Positions 23,012 through 35,855 of a stretch of 64,000 bases of DNA are shown here, in pieces (positions within the stretch are counted from its first letter, which is position 1; the number at the start of each line of letters is the position of its first letter). The notes below the pieces were generated by a model. That model was not told the DNA's origin and searched no databases. It saw only the letters and a program-made list of their open reading frames with translations. Origin of the DNA: Selaginella moellendorffii (Eukaryota; Plantae; Lycopodiophyta); NCBI RefSeq assembly GCF_000143415.4, contig NW_003314281.1, positions 1-64,000 of the forward strand. The letters run 5' to 3'. A program made the translations under genes and the position numbers.

Positions 23012-23218
23012 TGCATCAATAATGGAAACAACAAATTCACTTGTGGACCATATTATTTTACTCCAAATGTTTGTCCCCCTCCACCACCACCAAAAACACC
23101 TCCACCTCCACCACCTAAAACACCGCCCCCACCACCACCAAGAACACCTCCTTCTCCACCACCTGATGCGATCTTGCTAGAGGCAAGGAGGCAAAAGAAG
23201 GATTGGAATCACTACTAG
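22596..23218 (+). CDS. Pollen Ole e 1-domain / proline-rich protein, copy 2 (short Pro tail)
   Basis: Exons 22596-22743 and 22800-23218, 56-nt GT-AG intron. Signal peptide, Cys pattern VEGYVYC..C...GARVNLVC...TNNKGFF...C.V....C...GPYYF, then PPPPKT repeats. Confidence 0.8.
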
Positions 23219-24939
23219 GATTGGGCTCAGCAATACGAGACGTTGCTCGAAGACGATGTCTTTGCAACAGTGATACAAGTAAGTATCACAAACAACAGTG
23301 ACACAAACTCTCAGCTAAAGTTGTCTTTTTTGGTTTCCTCTCCCTAGGCATTGCATTACAAGCTTCACAACGATCCATGGCGAGCAAAGCTCCCGAAAAG
23401 AGAGTGGGGAATCCCACCAAGTTGCGGTATCAATCACGCATGACAAACTTTTTTTGTTCTCTCAGAGAAGACCCAAAGAAGGAATTTTTACATGACACGT
23501 TTTTAGGGCTTCTATGTTCTTCGATCTTAATGTTTATGGTGATGGCAGGCAGCTGGGATACACCGGCGTCGAAATTCCTCACATTGTCAAGGCCGTGATG
23601 CGCGAGGAGTGCCGACTCGCAGCATTGCCTGAGTCTCCAACAAGATCCCATTCTGGCAGTACTCGAGAATCAGAGTCGTGGTCGTGGATCAAGTGTGAGC
23701 TGGCAGCTCTCAATCCTTCCAATCCCGTGATTCAATTTTATGATGTGGTTGCTGTCCAGCTGATGAACCAGCAAGCGTTTGCTCAAGCTTGCACAACCAT
23801 GGAGGTAAGAACGAGAATTTTCGATCTCTCTTCTATTGCTTTCTCTCTTGGTTGATGTGATAAGCTTGAAGAAGTTGTCTTTGAGGATCAAATCTTCTCC
23901 CTTGACATATAGCCTTTCTTAGTCAATCTATACCTGGAATATTCAATTATACTCTAATTCGTTTGTAATCAAGGTTTAATGCTATGTATCACAGATAAAA
24001 ACAATCTACAATGACTTAAGATCCACTCAATTGCAGTAACAAATTCCTTGAATCCAAGAAAATTTTGCCACTTAGAATCAACCCAGTCTTGAGAAGAGGA
24101 ATTATGCCCTCTTGAGAAGAAGAACAGATAGGAATTATGACCAAAATCATTCCATACCTGCTTGAGATCTGTCTGGGGACACCAAGAATTTCACTACATC
24201 GGTGCTGGTGATACACACATCCCCATCTGTGGCGAGAATATATTGCTAGCAAAGCAAACACTATTGCCACCACCACTATTCCTAGCATTACCGCCACCAC
24301 CACCGCCAACAGCACCATTGCCTCCTCACCAGCATCAACATCAACTTTGTGCAATGCTTTCTCAAATTCGCCCCACTCCAGGCTAGGTATTAGGGGATGA
24401 TATTCTTTATTGGCATGCTCGTGAACAAGAGGGCTGAGAGTTGCGTAGTTAGGGATTTTTATGAGGAGGAGCTCGGGAACTGCCACCAAAGAGAACTATC
24501 AGTGAAGTACTTTTTGATTTTATTGGATTCTGGTCAAGGCACCAAAATGCTTTGGAAAATCAGTCATCTAATATCTAAAACTTTAGAACAGTATCACAAA
24601 ATCTCTAAACTCCACATTGCATGGCATTCTCTAGCCCCTAAACAACTGATCGCTAGCTTGACAAGATCATGAGGTGGTGCTCTTGCAAAAAATGTAGCTC
24701 CTCCTCATAACCCCTAGAGCAACCCATTCATGGTTTGGAGGCCTGGGTGCCAACTCACACATATCACTATCCTCTTGTCCACACAAAGCTAGTAATTACA
24801 CTGTAAAATCTAGTTGGTGAGGAGCACTCTAGCAAGTTTTGATCTGAAAAGAGCTGGCAAAGAGTTGAGGTGTATCTTGCTTTTGATTTTAAAATACATT
24901 TATCTTAATATTACTCAAACCCAAAAAAGTTTAATGCCA

Positions 24940-27900
24940 GGAAAGGGAATACAGAAAATATGCATATCAATTAACCTAAAAACCCTAGCTTATATATAAG
25001 AGCAAGTGGCCTGGATTGAAACCAATCTGACAACTACCAAAATCCCACTATGATAATATTAATATACGGCATCGTAGCCGTACACTTGGCCCTCACATCA
25101 TCCCCTCTTGGAATAATGGAAGACCATTAGGGTTCTCTTGTAGATGGGCCGGGATTTGGAGGAATGTCAGGAGGATGCATCGGGGCATTAATTGCTCCTG
25201 ATCCCTTTGTATGAAGCGTTTCAACCATTGCACATGCACAATCTTTGGAGGATTAGCCTGCTGGACGTCATGCCAAACCTCATAAACTGGTGGTCCAACT
25301 TGTTGCAACACCCGATACGGTCCTTTCCACTGCGCAAGGAGCCCCTTATATAAACTACGTACCGTAAGATGGGGAAAACGGACCAACACCAAATCATCCA
25401 CTTTGTACTCCATAGGTGGACGATGATGGGAGTTGTAGCACCGTTGTTATCCCACTTGTACGCGGCCTAAGTGTTCGGCAGACTCAGCTCGGACAAGTGG
25501 AAGAATGCTCGTCAAATACTAATCTCACGACCTAACATTGGCAGCTCATGGCAATTGCAATGGTAAACCTAGCTCTGTTGGTAATATTAGATCATGACCA
25601 TATAGGAGTTTATATGGTGAAGCACCAATAGAACTTTGCACCACTGTGACATATGTATACCGAAGAAATGGCAAATAACCATCCCAATCCGAATGCTGAA
25701 AGTTCACATACTTCGCAATCATCCCCTTGAACGTCCAAACGAGCCGTTCCACCAGACCGTCTGATTGTGAATGATAAGCACTTGTGAAAGTGTGGCGAAT
25801 CCCCAACCAAGATGTCAAAATATGAAATGCCTCAGCCATAAATGCGGGACCATTATGCGAAAGAATCCGCTCTAGACAAGAATGCTGGAACACCACTCGA
25901 TTGAGAAGGAAGTATCCAATAGCAGTTGCAGAGGCACTAGAAAGAGCACCAACTTCCACCCAACGAGTCAAGTAGTCAAAAGCAATAATAACATACTCAT
26001 TGCCAGCAGTCGACCGTGGAAAAGGTCCCATAAGATCGAATGCCACTAACTCAAACGGACGGGAAACTACAATTAACTCCAACCGTCCTTCCGTAGCCCA
26101 AGGGGGAGTATTACGAGCTTGGCACCAAATGCAGCTACGCACATACCGAATAATATCACGTCACATCTCCGGCCAATACAAAGACCTGCGTAGCTTCTCG
26201 ATTACACGACGATGTCCCATATGCCCACCTAGAACAGGAGAATCATGGTAGGTATGGAAAAACCGTTGAATAAAGACAGAAAGCACCACTAGCCGTAAAT
26301 GATCATCAAGATCCATCCCTACAAAATAAAGAAGGCTGTCGTCAAGGCGATATTAAGAATGTAAATGCCGGAAAGGTAAGTCATCAGCAAGTGATGCAGG
26401 ATTCTCAAACCCATCTCGAAGCCTTCGAATCCACGGCTCAATCTTTTGAGCCTCGCGAACCTCATCAAGAGAAGGTAGATCTTGCTCTATGCCTTGTGGA
26501 CACTAAACATCAAGTACAACAACTGCTGAGGGCACAGAATCCTTGTCTAGAAAATCCACATATGCAAGAGTAACAGGCTCATCAGAAACATGAGAAGAGA
26601 GTGGAGAAGGAAGAGGAGCTCGAGAAAGGGCATCAACATTATCCATAGAACTCGTTGGATGATGAACAACATCAAAATCATATATTTGAAGCTTCAAAGC
26701 CCATCGAGCAATACGACCAACTAGGTTCTTCCGCTTCAATAATGAAGTAATAACAGCATAGTCACCTTCAAGTAATGTCCGAGAAGCATGTAGATATGCA
26801 TGAAGTTTCTCAAAACCCCAGACTGCTGCTAAACACTCTTTCTCTGTCGTGGAGTAGTTCATCTCCGCTGGTTGTAATGTACGGCTGATATATGCAATAG
26901 GATGATGCTGACCAAGCACACTCAAGCTCTCTTGCATCAACACACCCCCAAGACCAATATTAGAAGCATCCACACACAAAATAAAAGGTTAAGTGTAGTC
27001 AAGATATGCCAAAACCGAAGGAGTCGTCAATAGCTCTTTGAGATCCATGAACGCCCACTCACAATCCAGAGACCAAATGAAGATGACTTTGATGACTTCA
27101 GCAATGCTTGCAACAGTGTAGTGCGATCAGAAAGATGATCCACAAAACGACCAAGATACTACACCTTGCCCAAGAAGTGCTACACATCATTCATACACTT
27201 CGGAGTGGATCAAAACATCATCAATGAAGTCAGCAGCCACCTCTGGCATATTGCAAAGAACTTCGTCCATCATCCACTAGAAGATTGCTAGAGCATTGTT
27301 CAAACTAAACAGCATCACTAAGAACTCATACAAACCAAATAGTGTACGAAAAGCAGTCTTAGGAATATCTTCTTTGGCCATTAGTACTTACTAGTACTCA
27401 GAAGCAACATCCAGCTTGGTGAAATCTTGATCTCCTTGGGTGACCGACGACGAATAAGAACCTTGATTGGACGAGCATCCCCAGTTGGAATTGGATGACA
27501 TGTGGCAATCTTGGCCCCAAATGATAGGTCAAATTCAAAGAGATCAGAATACTCCTTCATAAGTCGGTCAACTACTGCAACACAAAGATTGTCAGAGGGA
27601 TCGGAAAAGGGAAGAGCAGAACAAGATAGAAACACAGGAGGAAATAGTGGGGAAACAAAAGTAATGGAAGCAGAAGTAGAAGTAGAGGGATAAAGAGGTA
27701 TGGAAGTGAGAGGAATGGATAAAACGTAAGGAAGTATGAGACAAGGGGGAGAAGCCTCAAAGTCACACTTAGCATGATTGCGCTGCAACCAATCCATACC
27801 AAAAATGAGGTCAAAAGCTTGACTCGACACCGCAATGAGTACAACTCAAGCTCGAAATCACCCATACGCACAACCAGGTCTGCCTCATCTCATGCACATG

Positions 27901-29499
27901 TATGTGTATGGCCATTGCCATAAAGAATGAAAACTGGTTTTGCCGCACGACGCAAGTGTAGACGACAATATGTGGCAACAGGTCGAGCAATAGAAGATAA
28001 ACTCAAATTTGTATCAACCAACATGGAGAGAATAATAGGAGACCTCTTGTTATAAGAATGAGCTTGCAAAGTAAACACTGGATGAACTGGTGCCGAATGA
28101 ACCCCTTAATTATACTCCCGAAACAAAGATGGAAGGGTCATTAACTTATTCGCGCAAGGTCACTCTGTTACTCGCGCGACTCCTTGTTTCCCGGATGCAT
28201 CTCGGTGTCCAAACCTTCCACTACAGCAGCACATCCGGGATGTTGTTAATGCCAAGGTCTTCACCCAGAAAATGGAGGTTGCCAATCTAGAAAATGCCGA
28301 CAACACCGATAAGTATGACCAACTTCATCACATGCCTAACAGCGAACATCACGGCCATGACTACATCCTCGCCCTTGACCTTGGACTCGAGCAGCAACAG
28401 CATCAACCTCTATTGGAACAGGACCATCACCCATAGGAAGTGGAGCTGAAGGACGTGCAGTGAGAAGTGGAAGAGGCGACGTCTCATAACGTTGTGCCAA
28501 GTGAAGAGCATTGTCAAGGGTGGCAGGAGCAAGTGCATGCACAAGTCTGACAAGATCTTGACGAAGTGCTGGCTACAACATTCCTAGCTTGATCCGCTTC
28601 GATATATTTGGCTCCGCACGAAGCAAAAGACATCAGAAATGAACACCAAATTGCATCACTAACTCAGATGGCCCTTGGCAAAGACGATGCAATTGTTGGA
28701 AAGCATCATCACAGTCATCGGCATGTTCGAAGGCGCGTTTGAAGACATCCGGAAGAACACTCCAATCCCTGCGAGTGGCTGCTCCCAAACTGTTGTACCA
28801 CTACAACGCCATCCCTTGGAGACACGTGGGAAACTCACGCAAACGTCAAGCATCATCCCAAGAATGATATGTGGCAATCATTGTAAAGTGATCGAACCAA
28901 TGGTACACATTTTCCCCAGGATTCCCGCGAAAGAACTCCGGCCGAACGCGAGGATTGGCACCAAGAGCAGGAGGAGTTGTACCATGTGCCGTGAATGCCA
29001 CCATCAACTGAGTTTGGTTGTTCAATTGCAATCGCATAGCATCAAGCAATTGTACCAACTACTGCTCCAGAGTCAAAGGAGGAGATTGCTGATCTGCCAT
29101 AAAGATGAATGAAAAGGAAAGAGCAAAATAAGAGAAATGACAAAATGCTAGAAGGAAATGGTAGATCTAGACAATGCAAAAAGCTAGATCTAAACCAAAA
29201 TTCTGAAAGGAAGGAACAAAAGAAAGGAAATGGAAAAAACTAGATATAGACAATGCAAAAATTAGATCTAAACTGAAATCCCAAATCCAAGCACTCCCCA
29301 GAGACAATCAAAGATGCCCCTCATCTCCACCAATGTGAGTGCATGGAGTATGGAAAGGGAATACAAAAATGTGCATATCAATTAGCCTAGCTTATATATA
29401 GGAGCGAGTGGTCCAGATTGAAACCAATTCGACAGCTACCAAAATCCCACTATGCTAATATTAGTATACGGCATCGTAGTTATACACTTGGCCCTCACA
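24940..29499 (-). mobile_element. Second copy (A') of family A, inverted, with internal RT deletions
   Basis: 5' LTR 29334-29499, PBS 29313-29332, gag/PR/RH/INT fragments homologous to A, 3' LTR ~24940-25097 lacking its last ~18 bp. RT deletions near 27205 and 27420. Confidence 0.92.
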
Positions 29500-29795
29500 A
29501 CATATATATAAAAAGAAAATTAAAATTTAATCAGGATTTTAGTTAAACACAAAGATTAACCAATCAAGCTAAGATATTCACTAGTTGAAGGTAGCTTTCA
29601 AAGTAAAATAAAAGTAGAATTTAAAATCTAATGTGGCCTTCTAACAACTCAAAAATAAAACAAAATATTTAGAAGATCACTCTGGGTTTGAAAAAAGTGT
29701 TATTAGTCTAGCAACTTATTAGTTTTACCTACAAAATATAGTGTAGGATATTTATTATATAAGGGTGTTCTTTTACCTTATATTAATATGTGAGT

Positions 29796-31236
29796 ATGGA
29801 AAACAAAAAAATTCTATATTTAATTCTATTACTTGCAGTCATTCTAAATAATGAGAATTTTTGTGATGCCACTACACTGATTCAAGTGGAAGGCTATACT
29901 TATTGTACTAGTTGTGGTTTAGTTTCTCAGAATGGGATCTTGGGTAAGAAAAATTCATCTCATCTTCTAAATTCTTCTAATCTTGTTAAATTTTGTAGGT
30001 GCCAAGGTAAATCTAGTTTGTCCAGGAGACAGTGGTTTATCATTTACAAATCTTAGAGGGTATTTTGATATCCTTAAATTAATCAAGACTGGAACAAATA
30101 TTGGGAGTTGCAAAGTGAGTGTGGATGGGAGTAGAGCACCCCTACTCCCCTGGGGCTGTACATTTTTAACAAACATAAATGGGGGTTCAATTGGTCAATC
30201 TTTAAGCACATGTATCAACAATGGAAACAACAAATTCACTTGTGGGCCTTATTATTTTACTCCAAATGCTTGTCTGCCTCCACCACCACTACTACCACCC
30301 CTTAGAACACCACCACCACCACCACAAAGAACACCTCCTCCAACACCAACACCACTATCACCTCCAATTTCACCAGCACTACCACCTAGAACACCACCAC
30401 CATCACCACCACCACCACCTTTATCACCTCCAATTTCACCAGCACTGCCACCTACACCACCACCACCACCACCTTTATCACCTCCAATTTCACCAGCACT
30501 GCCACCTAGAACACCACCACCACCAAAAACACCTCCTCCACCAATTACACCAGCACCATTATCACCTCCAATTTCACCAGCACTACCACCTAGAACACCA
30601 CCACCACCACCGCCACCTTTATCACCTCCAATTTCACCAGCACTGCCACCTAGAACACCACCACCACCACCACCTTTATCACCTCCAATTTCACCAGCAC
30701 TACCACCTAGAACACCACCACCACCATCACCACCACCTTTATCACCTCCAATTTCACCAGCACTGCCACCTAGAACACCACCACCACCACCTTTATCACC
30801 TCCAATTTCACCAGCACTGCCACCTAAAACACCACCACCACCAAAAACACCTCCTCCACCAATTACACCAGCACCATTATCACCTCCAATTTCACCAGCA
30901 CTACCACCTAGAACACCACCACCACCACCACCTTTATCACCTCTTATTTCACCAGCACTACCCCCTAAAACACCACCACCACCNNNNNNNNNNNNNNNNN
31001 NNNNNNNNNNNNNNNNNNNNNNNNNNNNNNNNNNNNNNNNNNNNNNNNNNNNNNNNNNNNNNNNNNNNNNNNNNNNNNNNNNNTTACTCTGCGTTGTACT
31101 GGGGAAATTGCCAATTACACTAACACCACCACTTAAAACACCACTACCACCACTGCCAAGAAGAACACCTCCACCAACTACGCTAGCACTGGCACCACTA
31201 TCACCTCCAATTCAGCCACCAGCGGACCAATTTTAG
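29796..31236 (+). CDS. Pollen Ole e 1-domain / extensin-like protein, copy 3 (long PPPPLSPPISPALPPRT repeats, spans an assembly gap)
   Basis: Exon 29796-29943, intron 29944-29998, exon 2 from 29999. The frame after the N gap is unverifiable. Confidence 0.8.
30984..31083. other. Assembly gap (100 N)
   Basis: Run of N inside the Pro-repeat region. Confidence 1.
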
Positions 31237-31331
31237 CACCACCAGGCCCAGATCCCTTCTTTGATCCTTATTGCTCTCACACCATCATCATCCACTCAAG
31301 TAATCAGTTTTAACATAATAAAGACATGTAT

Positions 31332-31942
31332 GATTTATAAGCGCTTGCCCAAGCTATGGCTTTTGCGGAGCTGTTTTCCAGGAAAATGGCTTGCCCCAGC
31401 GTTGTTTCCTGGACTGCCCTCGTGCTCGGCCATGTGGACAATGTCGAAGAAGAGCTGGCCTTGAAAATTTTTTTCCAGGAGGCAAGCCTCAAGCGTCACT
31501 GCAGATGCTCTGAGCTTTGCGCAAGTCAAGACCAGATCTCTCGGCCTGGCAGTGGATTTCTGCGACTTTGTCGAGCAGGAACTTGCTACTACCAGCAGAG
31601 TGTTTCCTCGTCAATCCCAGGCAGGCCACTGGCGTATTTCCACGTTGGGAGCTCGTTGATCAATCTGTATGCCAAACTTGGAAGCCTTATAAATGCTCAG
31701 AGGCTCTTCGAGAGGACCAAGACGCAGAGAGATCCAGCGATCTGGACGGCCATGGTCCTCAGCTACGTTGAAAGCAGAGAGCCCGAGCTCGCTGTGAAAC
31801 TGTTCGAATGAATGCTAGCTGCCAAAGACGTCACCTGTGCACCAAATCACTTTGACTTGCATCACTGCTCTCAAAGGCTGTGCTGACCTTGCATCTATGG
31901 AAGTAGTCAAGACGAAGCAGCAGCTAGAAGGAACCCGTGAAC
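31332..31942 (+). pseudogene. PPR pseudogene, a deleted and rearranged duplicate of the gene at 33244
   Basis: Shares the 5' context TTTTAACATAATAAAGA...AAGCGCTTG and blocks such as VVSWTALVLGH and RDPAIWTAMVLSY. Has large deletions, a small inverted piece (~31530-31630) and stops. Confidence 0.85.
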
Positions 31943-32385
31943 ACCGCCACCACTAGCATCAGCACAATTACCAACATCAGCACCAGGCCCAGCACCTCAT
32001 AAGTTCATAACCAATCTAACAAAATAAAAAAAGATTATCGACTTGTAAAGTATTCTAAGAATATTCTACCAGTAAAACACAAAGGTTAAAGGTTAAAGGT
32101 TTGAGTGATCAGTTCTGTTTATTATAATATTAACACTGAAATAGCAAACTACAAATTATAGGCATGATGGAAGTAAAATAAAAATAACAAAAGTAAATTT
32201 TTTATGTTGGAAATAAATTAGGACAATATATAAAAAATGAAACAAAATATTTAGAAGATCACTGGGTTTTAAAAAAAATGTTATTCATCTAGAAACTTTT
32301 TAGTTTTACCTTAATGTTTGACTAAATGCAGTGCAAGATATTTATTATATAAGGACAATCTTTTACCTCATATTATCATGTAAGT

Positions 32386-33219
32386 ATGAAAATTTTCTAC
32401 TTAATTCTATTCAGAAGTTTTGTGATACCACTACACTGTGTACCTGTTGTTTCCATTGTTGGAGTGGCCACTGAACCCTCATTCATGTTTGTTAAGAAGG
32501 TACAGTCCCAGAGTAATAGGGCCTTCTACTCCCATCCACACTCATTCTGCATCTTTATTAATTCCAAGATATCAAAGAACCTTCTACTATTTGTAAATGA
32601 TGAATCACTGTCTTCTGGACAAACAAGATTTAGCTTAGGATGAGATAATTTTTTCTTACCCAAAAAGACCTAAAAGGTGAGATAATTTTTTCTTACCCAA
32701 AAAGACCCATTATGAGAGAGTGAACCACAACTGGTACAATAAACATAGCTTTCCACTTTGATCTTCTGAACATTATTATTTTACTCCAAAAAGTGATCAC
32801 CACCACCAACACACCACCAAGAACACTGCCATCACCTCTACCAAAAACTCATCCACCACCACTAGCACCACTACTTGAAGCGCCACCACAATTGGCACCT
32901 TCACTTTCACCTATACCACCACCAAAAACACCACTGCCACCACCCCACCAGTTACACCAGCACCAGCACCACTATCACCTTCACTTTCACCCACACCACC
33001 ACCACCACTATTTGCACCTTCACTTTCACCGACACACCGCCACCACCTCCAAAAACACTTCGTCCACCAGTTACACCACTATCACCTTCACTTTCACCAC
33101 CACCACCACTAGACACTTTTACCAACACAACCACACCACTAGCACCAATGCCACCAGCACCACCAATAGCAGCACCAGGCCCAGTTCCTTTCATTGATTT
33201 ACCATTGCCATTGCTATAA
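32386..33219 (+). pseudogene. Ole e 1/proline-rich gene copy 4, disrupted by an internal inversion
   Basis: The promoter and ATG context match the other copies. ~32440-32763 is the reverse complement of exon 1 end/intron/exon 2. The Pro-rich tail is frameshifted. Confidence 0.8.
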
Positions 33220-33243
33220 GGTTTTAACATAATAAAGATATGA

Positions 33244-35814
33244 ATGACTTGTAAGCGCTTGTCCAAGCTACAGACGCGGGCTGAGTGGGTCTTCCACGGC
33301 AATCCCAAGTTCTTCGCCAAGCACCCAAAGAAGGTACGCATTTCCTTAGTGGTCGCCGCACTTCAAGCATGCGGTCTCTTGGGCGATCTCCAAACCGGCA
33401 CGAAGATCCACGACGACGCCTCACGAGAAGCCGGGGATGATTCCACCAACAAGTATGTAGCCAACACGCTCGTGAGCATGTATGCCAAATCCGGGAGCTT
33501 GGAAGAAGCTCGAGCAGTGTTTGGCCGGATGATCTTCCGGACTGCTGCGTCCTGGACGTCTCTCATCCTCGGCTATGTCGACCGAGGCGATGGAGAGCTC
33601 GGCCTCAAGCTCTTCGAGTGCCTGCTAGCGCAAGGAGACGCAGCTCCTTGCCTGGATGCCCGAGTCTTCGTCGCTGCTCTCAAAGCCTGTGCCTGTCTGG
33701 CCGAGAAGGAGCACAGTCGCCTTGTCGATGGAAGATTGGTGAAGCTCCAGTCTCTCGGCAAAGGCATGGATGTCCACTCTCGAGCTGCCAAGCTCGGCTT
33801 CGTCTCGGACAAGTTCGTCGCCAATACTCTGGTGGACATGTACTCCAAGTGTGGAAGCTTGGAGAATGCCCGAGCTGTTTTCCAGGAAATGGCTTGTCCC
33901 GACGTTGTTTCCTGGACTGCCCTCGTGCTCGGACATGCGGACAATGGCGAAGAAGAGCTGGCCTTGAAAATCTTTTCCAGGATGCAAGCCTCCGGCGTCA
34001 CTGCAGATGCTCTGAGCTTTGCGGCCGCTCTCAAGGCCTGCCTGGGATTGACGAGGAAACACTCCGCCGGTAGTAGCAAGTTCCTGTTCGACAAAGTTGT
34101 AGAAATCCACTGGCAAGCCGAGAGATGTGGCCTTGACTTGCATGTCCACGTTGCGAGCTCGTTGATCGATCTGTATGCCAAACTTGGAAGCGTTGTAGAT
34201 GCTCGGAGGCTCTTCGAGAGGACCAAGACGAGGAGAGATCCGACGATCTGGACGGCCATGGTCCTCAGCTACGCTGAAAGCAGAGAGCCCGAGCTCGCTG
34301 TGAAACTGTTCCAACGGATGCTAGCTGCCGAAGACGTCACCTGTGCACCAAATCAACTGACTTACGTCGCCGCTCTCAAAGCCTGTGCTGACCTTGCATC
34401 TATGGAAGTAGTCGAGACGAAGCAGCAGCAGCAGCTAGAAGGCAAACCTGTGAAGACGACGACTCTCCAGAGAGGTATGCTCATTCACGCACACGCCGCA
34501 AAGACTGGCTTTGATTCAGACCCCTTCGTCGCTAACACGCTGGTGGACGTGTACTTCAAATGTGGGAGCCTGGCTGATGCTTCGATGGTCTTCTTTCACA
34601 GGATGCCAGTCCGAACTGTAGTCTCCTGGAACGCTGTGATTCTCGGATACGCTGAGAATGACGAGGAGGCGCTGGCTTTGGACCTGTTTCGAGTCATGGA
34701 AGCCGAGGGCTGTCAAAAACCGGATGCTCTGACTTACGCTGCTGCTTTGAAGGCATGTAGCAACTTGGCCGAAAAGGAAGCTGCTGTCAAAGGAGTCGAT
34801 GGACAAGTCCTCAAGCCCGTGGCTCTTAGCCGAGGTGTCGAAGTTCACTCGAGAGCTGTTGCCGCGGGCTGTGATACGGAGAAGTTCGTCGCCAGCAGCT
34901 TGGTAAACATGTACTCCAAATGTGGGAGCCTGATGGAGGCCTGGAAAGTCTTCGAGCCGATTTCTTACAATGAAGAAGTTGACGTGATATCCCTGACCTC
35001 CCTGATGCTGGCATGTGCTGAAAACAACCGGCCAGAGCTGGCTTTGCAACTTCTCGTTCGAATTCAAGCACCCGATCCCCGAGCCTTTGCGGCTGCACTC
35101 AAGGCCTGTGCGATCCTGGCGCCTGTAGAGACTGTCCGAGAAATCCATGCTTGCATCTCGAGATCTGGATTCGAGGGCGACCTGTTCCTGGTTAACTGCC
35201 TGGTTGAAGTCTACGGACGGTGTGGCAGCATAACCAACGCCCACCTCGTCTTTGATTCTCTCCCGGACACCAGTCTGGTAACTTGGCACTCTCTCATGGC
35301 CGGCTATAGTCGACTTGGCGACACCAACCAGGAACTCCATCTCTTTGACAGACTCCAGGAAGAAGGATTACGCCCAAACGGCGTGACCTTCGTCTATCTC
35401 ATTTCAGCCTGTAGCCACGCCGGGAAGGTTGATGAAGGCTCGAGACTCTTCCAGTTGATGGTATCCAAGTATGGTGTCACCCCCAGAATGGAACACTACG
35501 TTTGCATGGTGGACCTCTTTGGACGGGCTAACCAACTGGAAGCTGCCGTAGACGTTGCGAGAACAATGCCTTTCAAGGCCGATAGTTTGACATGGCTGAC
35601 GATTCTCGGTGCCTGTCAAAAGTGGAAGAATGTGAGAATAGGCAAAGAAGCGTTTGAGAACCTGTTGAAGCTGAATGAGGAGCAGGACTCCGTGTACGCG
35701 CTGATGGCAAATATCTACGGGAGCGTCGGCCTGTGGGAGGAGCAGTCCAAAGTAGAAGCCATGAGAAAGAAAAGACTACAGAACAAGTCAACTTCGTTGA
35801 TGTCTGGTGGTTAA
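33244..35814 (+). CDS. PLS-class pentatricopeptide repeat protein, E-type (856 aa, intronless)
   Basis: Repeated VANTLVDMYSKCGSL..A..VF / VVSWTALVLG motifs, C-terminal EHYVCMVDLFGRA...W.TILGAC and E domain, no DYW. Confidence 0.93.
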   Translation: MTCKRLSKLQTRAEWVFHGNPKFFAKHPKKVRISLVVAALQACGLLGDLQTGTKIHDDASREAGDDSTNKYVANTLVSMYAKSGSLEEARAVFGRMIFRTAASWTSLILGYVDRGDGELGLKLFECLLAQGDAAPCLDARVFVAALKACACLAEKEHSRLVDGRLVKLQSLGKGMDVHSRAAKLGFVSDKFVANTLVDMYSKCGSLENARAVFQEMACPDVVSWTALVLGHADNGEEELALKIFSRMQASGVTADALSFAAALKACLGLTRKHSAGSSKFLFDKVVEIHWQAERCGLDLHVHVASSLIDLYAKLGSVVDARRLFERTKTRRDPTIWTAMVLSYAESREPELAVKLFQRMLAAEDVTCAPNQLTYVAALKACADLASMEVVETKQQQQLEGKPVKTTTLQRGMLIHAHAAKTGFDSDPFVANTLVDVYFKCGSLADASMVFFHRMPVRTVVSWNAVILGYAENDEEALALDLFRVMEAEGCQKPDALTYAAALKACSNLAEKEAAVKGVDGQVLKPVALSRGVEVHSRAVAAGCDTEKFVASSLVNMYSKCGSLMEAWKVFEPISYNEEVDVISLTSLMLACAENNRPELALQLLVRIQAPDPRAFAAALKACAILAPVETVREIHACISRSGFEGDLFLVNCLVEVYGRCGSITNAHLVFDSLPDTSLVTWHSLMAGYSRLGDTNQELHLFDRLQEEGLRPNGVTFVYLISACSHAGKVDEGSRLFQLMVSKYGVTPRMEHYVCMVDLFGRANQLEAAVDVARTMPFKADSLTWLTILGACQKWKNVRIGKEAFENLLKLNEEQDSVYALMANIYGSVGLWEEQSKVEAMRKKRLQNKSTSLMSGG

Positions 35815-35855
35815 TCCATCTCAAAACAGATGAATAAGAATGCGCCCATACGGGC

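Noticed and set aside
30221-31123. 300-aa poly-His ORF (similarly 45355-46284 and 32793-33197)
   Set aside because: Alternative reading frames of CCA/CCG proline repeats in the extensin-like genes.
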